A stretch of DNA of 63,923 nucleotides, the filler included, from Sluysia triapertura (lineage: Eukaryota): the NCBI GenBank assembly GCA_046118255.1. It is 5 parts of 5 records of this genome, joined end to end, with 100 filler letters (N's around TTAATTAATTAA, not from the genome) between each part and the next. Parts side by side here need not be neighbours in the genome. Positions count along the whole stretch, not along the records: positions 41,656 to 53,225 come from JBJNIA010183291.1; positions 53,326 to 63,923 come from JBJNIA010193770.1; 3 more parts are not named here. The stretch is one strand, 5' to 3'. Positions 41,730 through 55,860 of the stretch are shown piece after piece; positions within the stretch are counted from its first letter, which is position 1, and the number at the start of each line of letters is the position of its first letter. The notes under the pieces were generated by a model that saw nothing but the letters and a program-made list of their open reading frames with translations, had not been told where the DNA came from and did no database searches. A program made the translations under genes and the position numbers.

Positions 41730-44700
41730 TAGTTGTATTTTTTCCTATCGTAGTTTTATATGGTAAGTTTCTCTTTACAGTTAACTTATTTTTATGAGTA
41801 GAATGGTATTTAATTTTCATCTATAATATATATTAATATTTAATCGATTAATTTTTTTGCTGTTTTGTATTTTTGTTGGCATTTAATTCATTTCCATGAT
41901 TTTTTTATCGTTTTTCTGTCACTGCTGTTATGTCCGCACTCTTTCACCTGATAATTATGTATGACAAGATCAAATATCTTTCTTGCATTATATTTTTAAT
42001 TTTGTTCGCTTTTTTAATTTTACGAATTTATTAAATTACTAAAATATTTTAGATGTTTATTAGATTTTATTTTATGAGACCATTTAAAAAAAATAATAAA
42101 ATTAAAATATGTGAGTAATTCTAAAATAATGCAAAATTATTTATTCAAATCTTACAACGGATAAATCTAAAACAAAGTATCTGAAAAAACTTTAAAAAAT
42201 AAACAAAAATGAGAAAAAAAGGCCATATTTATATTGTAAAATTTAATAAATGAAAATGCTTTTTTCTAATAATATAATATGCGTTGTACCTATCTTTATT
42301 TGACTCACGTGTAAATTTTATTTTAATCTTCAACTCTTAATTCTTATGAGATTATCAAATTCAACAGCTTTAAATTTTTCTTCCCTAATATTTTTCTATG
42401 TTCAAAAAGGATAAAATGAATTCTATTTTATTATTTTATAATATGTTAAATCTAGCGAGTTCTATATTTGTCTGTGCTGTTCGAGATGGAAGTGCTTAAT
42501 TAGAGATAGTTACAATTCTTATTGTCTGTAAATTATACTCATCAAATCCGTTTCTACTCAATAATAAATTAAATGAACAAGATCAAAAAATCTATTTATA
42601 TTTTGTTTGTTACTTCAATAAATGTACCAATAAACAAACATATAAACTTAAAAACTCACTTTGATCAATTATTTTATTCAAATTATAATTAAATTAATTT
42701 ATTTAATTTAACACGTTAAAATTTATAATCTGTACAAAATTTAAATAATTTAACTTAAATGATCACAACGATAATGGCGCATAAATATCTCTCACGATCA
42801 GTATTCTAACAAAACCTAATCAGTTTAATAAATAATATATTGTAATTATGTTAACAAAACTTATTACTCATTAAGGACTTAGGTCCGGAATTGATTCATT
42901 AAGTTCAAAAAGTTTGTGACTATAATTAGGCCTAAGACCTGCTATTGAAAAATAGATAAACTCATTTATTATGCAGACTAAGAAACTTTACAAATAATAA
43001 AAGGGAAAACATCAAAAGTTTCAAAATTGACCTGTTGCATCAGTTAATGCATATAAAACATCCATGCGTTTTGAGGCGAAACCAATACCAAACTTTGTAG
43101 CTTCTACTGTACATTTGAAATGATAATTGTTGGCATAAAATATAAGTCCAGTCTCAAGTTGATTTTCAAATGCATCCATTGTAATGGCGGCTTCCAATTC
43201 GTATATCAGAAGAAGCAGCAGTGCAAGCAAGAACACCAAAGGCGAAAATTTGTAACATACTTCACACTGTTTGAACACTCATTGATAGAGGAAAACCATT
43301 TCCACCAAAATTGTATCCGCCCATTAAATCCAAAATGTTATAGGAATCGCATAACCATTGCACTGGCTTATAGCTAGTATAGATTCTGGCACTCTGCCAT
43401 TACAATATCTACAATATCAACATGAATCCACTGATAAAGAATTACTATGTGGTGATTGTTTAAATAAACGTTATAAATAAATAAATAATTTGTTGAGTTT
43501 ATTTTAATTATTGAATTGAAAGTAGTAACACTAAAGGAAAGTTTCGTAAGATAGAATATTTTAAAGCGTTTCCATTCCCGAACATCGGAACGAGTATTCG
43601 AACTCAGACTCCTAGAAAGAACAAGTAAGCATTAATTGAGTAGTAAGACAATAGAGTTTAGGTTATTACTGATATTAGCATAAAGATATTGAGGAGTATC
43701 AATTATTGTAAGAGTACGTTAATCCAAAGAAACATTTAATCATTAAACATAGTAAAATTTTTCAGATTTTATTATCTTTCAGCATGCAAGATTCAACCTT
43801 TCAACAAACATTTTAATGATATTTTTTAAACTATTAGTTTATTGATGAAATTCAATAATATTCTCAACATCCTAACATTCCTTTTATAATCTAAACATTT
43901 CTAATACATTTTAAGCTATTCTCTAACATTCAATCCATTTTTACATTTTTATTTTTCCATCGTTCAATATTATAGGATTTTAATTTTAAATCTGAGTATG
44001 AATTTTATGTTGCTTAGAGTTACAATATTATAGAACAAAAATAATTGTTATATAGAAGAAATAATCATAATCATAAAATACAGAGATAATGATTAAACAC
44101 TTGAAATCTAATATAAAATTAGCCATGAAATAGAAATAACTATAGAATGAAATTAAAAAATTAATTGGACATATTATAGTAACTATAAAATAAGTGATAT
44201 TTTTGTTGTGAAAAATACTTTATTAATAATTTTTGGCAAGAGAACATTTCTATTAATTTGGAAATTGTGCCTAGTCAAATAAGAATAGCAGTTATTTCAA
44301 GTTCAAATAAATTAACAGAATACTTATTAATACTTGATTCATTGCGTTCAAAATAGTTATTTATGAATTTAGTTTTTAATCGTCTAGATTAGAAAGTAGT
44401 AAAGGGATATTTATAATTATATGATCTATTATGGTATGTTAGATATCTAATATAAATTATTATTATATCTAATATTATTAATATAAATTATTAGTTATTT
44501 ATCAAACTAATAAACTTAATGCAAAATAGTTGGATAATGTTTTCACTCATTCTAGTGAATAACGATAAACTTTTGGAAGATTTCATAAATAACAATCGAT
44601 TCTAAATTTAAATTTAATAATTATAAATTATTTATTAAATTAGGATTCTTTAGATTTTTTTAGAAGTGAAATTGTATTTTTCATTTTGTAATTTATCATT

Positions 44701-47700
44701 TTACAAAGGAAATTAAAATTAAAGTTGACTAATGAAATTTTTCCTTTCATCTCTTCTACTGAGACAAGTTGAGGATTAACCTCTACGAAATTAATTATAA
44801 TGAGTTTGATTGATTTTCATTATAAAGACGAATATGGCTGCTGTGGTTTTCTTAACTCTTAATCTGCGGTAAAATAAAATTGAGCAGGGTCCGACTGCAC
44901 TATACTAAAATTTGACAATAACAAATCGCTTTACTCTTAAATTTCTATAATGTCTTATGTGTTGGTTTCGAGGGTCTGAATTTCTTAAACTCATATTATC
45001 AATTACTGAATAGATGCTTTTTTTGCAATATTAAAATAACAGATTTCAGTGCTGTACAAATAATTTATCGACACACAGAAAATAATAAAAATCCATAGAC
45101 AAAATTCTAATAGATAAAGAGTAAACTAAAATTGAGATAATAAAAGCAGATTTTATAATTAAAACTTTAGTTTTTTCAATAAACAAATATTTTAAAAATG
45201 ATTTTAAACCCTCATTAAATCGGGATCAAAATTCAATTAAAAAGATTTTTCGTGGATTTAAAATTTTAACTCAGAGAGTTAATTATATTAATAGAAATAA
45301 CTAACCAATAAAGTGGAATAAAGTGAATAACTTGTGGCAAGATATATTTTGTTGCTAAAATTACTGCTTCCGAATAAAGATTTTTAATTTGTAATTTTGT
45401 GAGTTTTGTGATGCAGCTGCAGCAATATGTATTAGCCAGCAGCTAATCAGAATCAAATAGAATTCTCTAAGATATTAGAAAATTCTTTTTCTTTTTTAGA
45501 GAATGTTATTTTCTTTTGTCGAAAATTACTTTATTTTCTGTTTTTTAGGATTTTAAAGTGGTGTAATGACATCATAACATAACTTCCCAGTTCAAAAGAA
45601 TTTGTCTTCAAATTTTAATGGATTTTAAAGAGAAAATGAAGATTTAGTGATAAAACATATACCTAAGTATACATCTAAATACAAATTATTATTATTATGT
45701 AATCACAACTTTACTATGATAATCATTATAAATATTAAATTATTGTGAAAAAAATTTGCCACAATGAAATAAGTCCAGTTCGATACTATCATTAGGGCAA
45801 AATCATTCTGCATCTGATATATCCAGGTCGATGTCAGGAGAATGCGAAGTTGAGTTATTGTTGTATTGATCAGAGGAAGGTAACTGAATATCACACGGAT
45901 GAAAAGGAAGAGAAAGGGTGAAATTATCCTGACAATCTGGATCTGTGTTGCTGAAATGATCCAAATCAGTGGCGTGCAGAATCAGAACGAGTACGAGAAG
46001 AAATTGGAGGAAGTGAAAAAAGAGGGATAGTTGTAGGTACACTCTGAGGAAGAAAAACCGGATCGTGGTTTCTTAAATCAAATAACAGAATGGAGTTTTT
46101 TAATAGTTCCAAACAAGAAAATTTAGATGGCAACGGATAAAGGAGCTTCATCACCTGTCTTGCTCGTATGAAAGGATCGGGAGATGAAAAGACAAAATTA
46201 GTGTTGGTAAGATTCACTTCTCTTGACCAACCGTAGGGAATATTCAGTGTCTTTAAAATAAGATCATGGTAAAAAGAAACCAGGAATTTATCAGAGACCC
46301 GATATCCTTAGCGGAATTCTTATAGAAATTTTTATGACAGGACATAAAGTATAGTTGTAATATTTGATGCCTATCATTAATGTCTAAGACATGGTGGAAA
46401 GATTCAAAAATGAGCTTTGTTTCGTCGAAAATGTGTAAAACTGGAATGTGTAAACCTAAGCATTCCTTCCATGCGTCGTAGTAAAGCGAAACGAATAATG
46501 TTAACTGGATAACTTAAAAATAAGGTATGCCTTTCTAATGGGTTGTTTTAACGGAGTTGTTTTCCATTTTAGTAGCCAGCATTGGACTTCTAATTAGTAC
46601 TGATAAATCGTAAAATTCAAAAGGTCTAGTCCTTATCCTATGATTTTGAATTTATATGGATATTGCTTTAACTATGAATTTCATAATAATCGTGATATGA
46701 AATAATTTATTTTTAAATAGATCGTTACAAATAATGATCCTGTGTTTTTGGTGATTTATCAAAGACTCAGCAAATCTACACCAACTATCTAAGCAACATT
46801 CTAATTGACATTAAGTATGTTGCCTTTTAACTTAATTATGTTGTAAATTTTGCTCTGCTCTTATATTGACTTATAGTTTTTCTCCCTGGTAAGGAAACAC
46901 TTTATAATGTTTATTTACGAAATGTTGTAAAGAACGTGATCAGATATACATGATAAGCTGGTAAAGTTGAGCGTAGATGCCCCAGTTGATCTTTTATTAT
47001 ATATAGTATGTTCGTGTAGCGGTGGTGAAGTTGATGATGGATCTAGCAGCGATGTAAAGTCAAAATGGTAAGGAACTTAATACTGGTCATTAGCCGCATC
47101 AGTATGAAAATTGGCAGAGTTGCATAAATTTTGAAGTATACATGTGAATGTTGAAGTAATTATTACTTCTAAGATAAATATTGTAAATACCACCAAAATT
47201 ATCAAAAATGGGTGATTTTTTAGAGTTTCAGTAATGTTGTTATCCTTTTGCGTATAAATAAAAAACATTCTTGTTCTGTTTATAATTCATTCATGTCATT
47301 CTCGAATTCAGTTACTACTGACTATTTAATATCATTAAATTTATACATTTAGATCTTAATTTGAAAAATTTGCAAGCATTTTTCTGGTGAATATCTATTG
47401 CTATCATGAAGTAATTTTATACTTCATGATATAATTAGGATATTTAAAAGAATTTAACATTTATTTAAATAGTTCTGTTACAATGAATCAGTTTGTTACC
47501 ACAATCTGATATCCTTAGAATTGAGAAATGACATGATTTAATAAGCTTTTTGTTTATTTTGTGTATTTTTGTTTTTATTTTTCAACTTTATCTTTCTATA
47601 GGCGAAATTTTTAATATAAATGTAAATTAACTGAAATCAATACTATTAACTTGAACTGTTCTTGTCATTCGCCTTTATTCATTAATAAATTTGAATTTTC

Positions 47701-47846
47701 ATGATTAATAAATTAAATGATAGAGGTTAAATCGTACTTGGTTTTATTGTAATGGTGAACTCTACAAATTATAATTTATTTTTATTTTGAAATATTTCCA
47801 ATTATTATTGAATAATTCTAAATAATTTATTATTTCTATAATTTAG

Positions 47847-48264
47847 ATTATTGAAATAGTAACTGTATTGAGCAACTTCACTGTTAGCAGTGGTAATCAG
47901 TCTTGTGAAGCCTCAAGCGGTATAAAGAGGCACTATTCAGCTTTAGATTCTAATCAGAATTTTCCAAATAGAAGTCCTTCAGCCAACAAGATTAGAGCAG
48001 TAAATCCATGGGGTTAATATATTTTTGTAAACATTGCATTGATTAAATTTTTATGATAGTATCAAGATTTCCAAATCCTTCAAATTCGAGTATTATTAAT
48101 AACAGAACGCCATGGATGAGGCCTGCAAACAGTGATAGATTTTCGAATAGAAGATTAAATTCATATACTCCACGAGGACAAGTTAAATCAAATCCTTATC
48201 GACCACCTAATTTTCAAAATCAAATGTCTTCTGGAGAACAAGGTAATCAATGTACTACTACTAC

Positions 48265-48308
<44 letters not shown>

Positions 48309-49099
48309 TATAGTTCACATACGCATATTTATTTTTGTATATGTATAAAATTGTAAGAAATTAAATATCCATTTATTTGTAATTGTTTTTAAATCCAAAT
48401 AAGTGATATTCGCTGCATCTTGTTTCTGAAACAGAATATAAGGCGTCTAAAAAATTAATCAGGCAATTTTTAGAAAGTTTATAAATTGAAATTTGAACTA
48501 AAACTTCAATTTCCGATTTAACCAAAAAGGAAATAAGATTTTAGTTGGATAATACAGAATTTTTATACAGAAGATGAAATACTATATCTATTATGACTGT
48601 GTACTTAGTAACCTAAAGGCATGAAAAGAATTTGTTATTAAAGATGATTTGGTTAATTATTAATTATCACTTAATAATTATTAAATAGTTATTTTAATAT
48701 CGTAATCTTATTTTAGTTAATTATATTGAAGAATCAAATGAAATATATGAAAATACAGAAACTTGTGAAATCACAAAAGAATCTTTTAACAAATCATCTA
48801 GTTCCTTATCTAGTGGTCGTAATAGCAATCCATATGGTGCGCAATCTAGAAACTTCGATAGCAACCCATATGATGCACAATCTAGAAACTTCAATAGCAA
48901 TCCATATGATGCACAATCTAGAAACTTCAATAGCAATCCATACGATGCACAATCTAGAAACTTCAATAACAACCCATATGGTATATCATCATCTAGGAAT
49001 TATAACAACCCATATAGTACATTGCCTAGTGTATATAATAATGAAGATAATAACAGTAACAAACAATATAGTTACAATAATAACCGATATACTGGTTAG
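47847..49099 (+). CDS. 3' exons (47847-48012, 48060-48242, 48717-49099) of a low-complexity Asn/Ser/Tyr-rich protein; 5' end not located
   Basis: GT-AG junctions are phase-compatible; the spliced frame is open to TAG at 49097-49099 and includes (NSNPYDAQSRNF)n. Confidence 0.7.
48821..49018 (+). repeat. 36-bp coding tandem repeat, about 5.5 copies
   Basis: AATAGCAATCCATATGATGCACAATCTAGAAACTTC units. Confidence 0.9.
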
Positions 49100-52000
49100 C
49101 TTTTTGATATTTTTTAGCTATTCTAATTCACTTAGGAAGAATTTTTACAATTTAAAGCTTGACTTATTAAAAAGTATTAAGTTTACAACTAATGTAGGAG
49201 TATTTTTAAGGCTAAATGTTTGGAAAGTGTCCCTATTTTCTTCTAAGGCAGTTTCCAAAAAGCTAAATTATTTATTTGAAATAGAACATGTTAAGTGTGT
49301 GATAAAATGCTTGTTTTATTTTACCTTCCGCTACAGTGTAAAATAATATAATATAATGAAAATGTTTTTTTTCTCGTCATTTGATTTTTAATTTAAGAAT
49401 TTAAATGGAAGATTGAAGTAGAAATTACTATCAGAAAGTACTTTATAAAATATTTTAAGGATTAGTACATAATCATGTAACGAGAATACGACAGAATTAT
49501 TATTGATTTATACCTTTTTCGCATGCTTATCATGTTTTATTGAATTGTATCTCAATCTCAGGCACAAAATCTACAGTATAATTAAGAAAGAAACCGACTT
49601 GAGTTCAGTTTCAATATTTATATATCTTACCAGATTAATTAAAGATCTTACAACATTTATAGCATATTTTATGTTGATCAATAAGGGACTAAAGCTAAAC
49701 TTGCATAGTTTCTTTATATTAGTTTTCGTCATTTGATTAGAATCGACAATTTTCAAATAATAAATTGTCAGATGTGTGATTTTATCATTAGTATTGAATT
49801 AGGGAAGATCTAACCTATAAAAATGAAAATAATAATAGAGTAATACATTAATGCATACTACATAAAAATTCAGGACGTTAAAACAATTTTCATGTAACAC
49901 ATTACTAGAAAATAATGAAATTTACACTCTGGTCCATTGAACCAGACTGGTAGGCGGAGGTTAAATATATTTATATTATTTACAATTATCATCTGCTAAA
50001 TCAAGTTTTTCTCCAACACCAATTACGTCAATGATATTATCGATAATTCTACTATTTAAATGAGTTTTGATTCATGAATATTATCACTTAAGGACTTAAT
50101 AAATGACTCTTGCAACGTTGCGGTATTTTCTTTTAATCTTTATAAATCTTTGATTGATGAATAAGTTATAAGTAATTGTCTTTAGCAATTAATGGAATTG
50201 GTAAAACGGTGTAAATATGTTGTACTTATATTGTAATTGATTTTAATATTTAAGTGCGGAATTCGTGATCGTAAGAACTATAGCGTGTGGAAGTTAGCTG
50301 TTTTATGCGTGAGTAGCAGTAATAGTTTGAACCACCGCAGGCTCTTATTATTTCTAACATTTGATTTGAACTACAAAATATCATTAATTTTCATAATCCA
50401 AACAGCTTTTACTAACTTTAGTTGTAAATTGTGCGCTCTGAAAAATTTGCATCCATTTTTAATAAATATAGGAATCATTAAAGAACACAGATTTAGTGTT
50501 TTATTGTATAAAAATATTTTGTTTTCAATTTAGGAAAACCGTTGGGTTTAAGTGAACAAAGGATATCAAGATGGCTTTAATGAAATCAACTTTTTCTATA
50601 AATTGCTAGATTTTTTTCTTAGGCTTAAGAATAAAAATAATTCTAACGAAAAGAGGTTTTTATCGCATATAATGTTTTAAATCGTCACATGATTCATTAG
50701 AAGCTTTTCCTAACAATTTAATTTGAGTTGAGTCTGATGCGCTGAGGTTTTTAGAACCTATTTATATTCAATATTTTGCTATGGTTCTTTGATTAAATAA
50801 AACTAGATTCCTTAGAAAATTAAAGAATTTTAGTGATTTATAGTTATTTACTTAGGTTCTGAACTAAATAGAACCGATAATAATCAATTAAAAGTTTACT
50901 TTGATTCCTTATTAATTGGAATCAATAAAAGAGAAATTTACTTCGGTTTCTTAATTAAATGGAACCGTAAAATCTTTTAACAATTAAACTTTTTACAATT
51001 AACAATAATTTACCAGAAAATGTCAAATTATTGGAAGATTATGAAATATTTAAGAAAAAGGCAAAATATTATTGTGAATGATTTATCTTAAGACTTTTGA
51101 GTACTTACGCTGTAGATATGAGCGCAATATAAATTAATATATAATTAATATAATTATTATTAATTATAATACACTTAACTGACCAAAAATTTATTAAATA
51201 ACTGACAAAATAGGTAAGCACATGCTAAAATTAAAAGGAAAACAAATATATAAAATATATGATAATGATTTTGTCAGATTTTATGTTAGAAAATTAAATT
51301 TCGCTCAGCTGTCACTTTAAAAGATAGCAAATGTGTTATGAGAAGTTTTAGTGGATTTTACTTAGCAAGTTTTTTTAAATACTTGCTTGAAAACTTAGAA
51401 AAAAGGAACAAACGATATTTTTAACCGAAAACTTGTAGAATGTAAAATTATTTCTTCAATAAAGACTATTCTTCTAGAGTGCGATATTTTTAACCAAATC
51501 GATAGGTTGTAAAATCCTTGTCCAAGAAAAAGCTGCCAGGTAAAAAATTTGTGCCAGGATTTATAATCAACATTTTGTTGCAGTTTAATTTTAAGATCTG
51601 GTATTTATATTATAGTTTGACCTTGAAGGTCTAAACTCAAAACAAAAATAAATTAGTATAATTTTTATAATATGAACATTTGCATTTCTAATTATAATTT
51701 ATTAAAAATTTTTTTAGTTAAAATGATTTATTAAAATTAAATACTTAATCATTAAATTTAAAATAGTTAAATAATCAATAAATTTTATACGAATTATTAT
51801 TTCTAATTACACATGACCAATTATTTTGTGTTTGTAACAGAAAATTTTGTGTTCATAGCAGTACGTGCGTATTATAACAAAATGATTTAGATCATTACTT
51901 GTTTATTCATATGAAATCATTAGATTGTATATTTATTAAGGTAATTATTCGATTCATTATTCATTAATTTCATTATACTTAAGAAATTAAACTAATTTTC

Positions 52001-54544
52001 ATTCGAAATACTTTTTATGCATCTAATTCATATATAAATATTTGTGATTTTGTAATTATGTAATTTTAGGATATCCATCACATTCTGGTATTTGAAATCT
52101 GGGGTAGTGTGTTTATAATGTTCAGTGACTGTAATATTTGTCCAATCATCTTTTGAATATATAAAATTGTTATTTTATAATTACTACGAGTTATATATGT
52201 ATTGAAACGAGTACATTAAAGTAGAGATAAAATAATAAATATCTAAGAAAAGGAAAATAGGTATGAGAATGTATAATTAATTTAATTTATAAAATACAAT
52301 AATTTATTTGCAACACACGAATTATTTAGAATTAGTTTATTTTTATGTACATGAATGAATACACGTATGCAATAAAGAATGGAGTGTTAGATGCCTCTTA
52401 TGAAATTATTAGATGTTAATTTTATTAATAATTCTTGTGCGCAACAAACATTAATTTTTAACCAACAAAATAAAAAAGCAACTGGTAATTCCTTAATTTT
52501 TGCTAATGAAACTGTTTCATCAAAGACATTAAATTATTCAAATTCGAATATAAGAGAAATAACTATGGTATTTTTGTCATCTATTGAGTTGAAAATACTA
52601 TAAAAAAATATTCAATGGACAAATAAAATAGAATTTAATTATGATTATTTAACTTAAGAAAATAAAAAAGTTGAAATTTCTAAAATGTCAAACCTTATTA
52701 CAAAAACGAGGAAATAGTATGAACAAATATTATCCAAATATTAGTAAAGTAAAGTGTGTAGAAATTAGCTTATACTCAGATTAAGTTACTAAACAAATTG
52801 ATAGTATGAAGTAGAATAATAAGTCGCAATTTTTCCTCATAGGGTTTCATCTTTAGTAATGGAGTTTAAATAAAGTGAATATTGAAATGTACAAATGCAT
52901 AAATATCTTTTAAACAGGAATTATTTAAACAAATAATAATTCAAATATTTTTAAACTTGTGTTTAAAAAATTTTTAAGTCTTATAATACCTTAAAGGCCT
53001 TTAGATCATTGAAGTGTTTTGTAAACTCTTAAGCATTTGAGAATTACTAGAATACAATCTGTGTAAATAATTGTGAAGTTATTAATTGTAGTGGTAAACC
53101 TCATAAGTTAAGATTAAAACAAACCTTCTTAAAACAACAATACTCACAACAACATCTTTCAAACATAAACATCCAACAATAAATTAATCCATATCTTAAC
53201 ATTCCCAACTCAATAAACTCTTACANNNNNNNNNNNNNNNNNNNNNNNNNNNNNNNNNNNNNNNNNNNNTTAATTAATTAANNNNNNNNNNNNNNNNNNN
53301 NNNNNNNNNNNNNNNNNNNNNNNNNATGAAATGCAAGATTGATACTATTCCCGAAAATAATAATAATAAGTAAAACATTTGATAAATTACTACTAATTTT
53401 TAAATAAGTTATTTATATTTATATATATTCTCATCTTTAATTTAATTAATCAATACAATCGTTGCTTAGATATATACATACATTTCCAATAAAAAATGTA
53501 ATTTGTCTATAATTTTCCAGTACGATACATTTTTTATATAAATCAATATGTAAAATAATTAAAATATTAAAATTTGTATTTTGTTATAAATCAATTAAGC
53601 AAAATTAATTTATTTACCTTGTGCTATAAAAATATTATTTAACTGTACAGTATTTAGTTTTTTACCTTTGTCATTTAATATTGGCAGAGTTATTTTTCAA
53701 AGTGAAAACTTTCAAGAGAAAAAGCACATACTTTGGCAGTAATTCTACCTTATTTGTAAATCTGGTTCCGAGAAAAATTTATGCAAATTTAATTCACTCT
53801 AAATATATTCAAATTTGGATCGAATTTCTTTACTTTGAATATTTAGTAAATAAAATGCAAACTTTTTTTATAAAATACTTATTTTTGTCAAAGAATAATT
53901 AAGTGATACCAAACATTTGCCGACGCTCATCAAAATGCTGATGTTCCTCAGAATATTTTTTGGGAATATCTAATTTAATACCTACAAAATGTAGTTTTAA
54001 GAATATATTTTGTCTTTTTTGATAATTTAATATTTCAATAAATTGATATTTTAATCAATTAATAAATCAATTCGTAACAGTTCATAAATTAAGATTTTAT
54101 TTCTGTTTTTTGTGATTTAATATTTAAACAATTAATTAAAAATACATTTTGTAATCGTTTTATTTTTAAAACTAAAGATACATTTTGTCACAATTTAATT
54201 AAATAATTATGTAGTAATTTATAAAGTCTAATAAAGTTTATTCTAATGGTAATAGTAAATCTTTAATCTATAATAAATTTAATTAAAATAGTAATAAATT
54301 TGTTTTAATTGTAAAAAATGCGTAGTAATAAATTTGTAATAAATATATCTAATAAAAATATAATAATAAAATGCGGATAAAATGCATCGCTGATTAATAC
54401 GTAAATTGAAAAAAAGCAATAAAGACTCAAAAAGAAAAATTTTGAGTCAAAATAATGTTAGCCTGCAGTCACATTGATTTACAACAGGATTACGCGAATT
54501 TTTAGGCCAGTTCAATTTAGTGACAAAACAATAATTCAGTTTTA

Positions 54545-55860
54545 ATTGACTTCAGCATTATTGGGCACTGAAGATTGTCCTGAATCAAGATGAAATAGAG
54601 TCAAAATAAAACTTATAAGAGTATTAAATGTTTATCAAGAAAAAATTTTAGTTACAACATTGGTTAGAGAATGTTTAGTAAAAATGTCTGTAGTTATTTT
54701 GTATTGCGGACATCACAGTCACTCTTCGATAATTGATATATCAAATGCATTAAAACCATTTAAGATATTACCAAACAATTGCCGTGACGCTTTCCAAACT
54801 GGATATATTAGTTTAAACGAAGGAGACAAATTAAGGATTAAAAATAATGAGAAAATAATTTATAACGTCAGAACCGCTGGTAATTTATTAATATATGGTA
54901 CTTATGAAAGAGGTTTAATAGAATATGAATGAAAAATTTACCATAACGTTGTAGCTCAAGAAACCTATGTAGTAAGTTTAAAATCTTTTAACGAAAGTTT
55001 TAATTTAGAAAAAGGTACTATGATGTCTATACCATTTTGAAAAAGTGATCAAACAAGTTGTGATACCGGTGAATCTATTTTGATATACGAATTGGAAAAT
55101 TATCAGTGTCAATTAATATTTTTGAAACAAATTAAATTTCGGGATTCATGTATCAAAATGAAGATGAATTGGCAATAGAATAAATAAATAAAAACAAATT
55201 TATAACGATAATATAGATATACCGGAAAGAAAAAGACTTAATGAAATGGAAACTTCGGCAATTTTAATGGCAAATAAAGAAGAAGAGGGACTAATATTTA
55301 TATCAAAAAGTCAGTAATCAGATCTGGGCAAAAGATTACAGAAACAAATTACCAAGAGATGTATTTTACCGAAAAACCAATACTTCAAGCCAAGAAAGGA
55401 ATAGATACAAAAAATTTACAATTAAATACATATTTTAACAATATAATTGATTTTTATTTCATTTAGGACTTAGGTCATTAGAAAACGTTTACCAGCTATG
55501 ATAGCTAGAGATTGTCAATTAAATAAAGAAATACTAAGAACTAAATTAACCCAGATATAGTAGTACCATTACTTCCATTGATGGTGAAGTTTTATATACA
55601 TACAAATGTAGAAAAGTAGAAGTACAAATAAGACAAGAAAGCGAATGTACTAATGAATTAGCAGTAATATACAATAATCAAAATACTTATTTAGAACCAG
55701 TTAATAGAATCATTATGCCAACTAATAAACTTAAACCAAAAACTTTACACTGTCCTAATGAAATATCTCCCGAATACAAAATTGATGATATCTTTACCAC
55801 ATAGAATCCAAGTTAAAACTCCAGAATGATTCACCTCTAACTATCTTAAAACCTAACTTG
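54545..55860 (+). pseudogene. env: Second chuvirus G / gB-like envelope glycoprotein pseudogene (ectodomain)
   Basis: LLGTEDCP..RECLVKMSVVILYCGHHSHSSII (cf. chuvirus-type YCGMHSH)..CRDAFQTG..GEVLYTYKCRKVEVQIRQESECTNELAVIY..YLEPVNRII..LKPKTLHC; directly alignable with 14.2-14.5 kb. Confidence 0.8.

Noticed and set aside
48821-49018. CRISPR-like 36-bp periodicity
   Set aside because: Head-to-tail repeats with no unique spacers, no cas genes, and a eukaryotic exon context.
48721-49346. ORF-track proteins 48726-49346 (+) and 48721-48972 (-)
   Set aside because: Alternative frames of the 36-bp repeat; splice phase supports the NPY frame.
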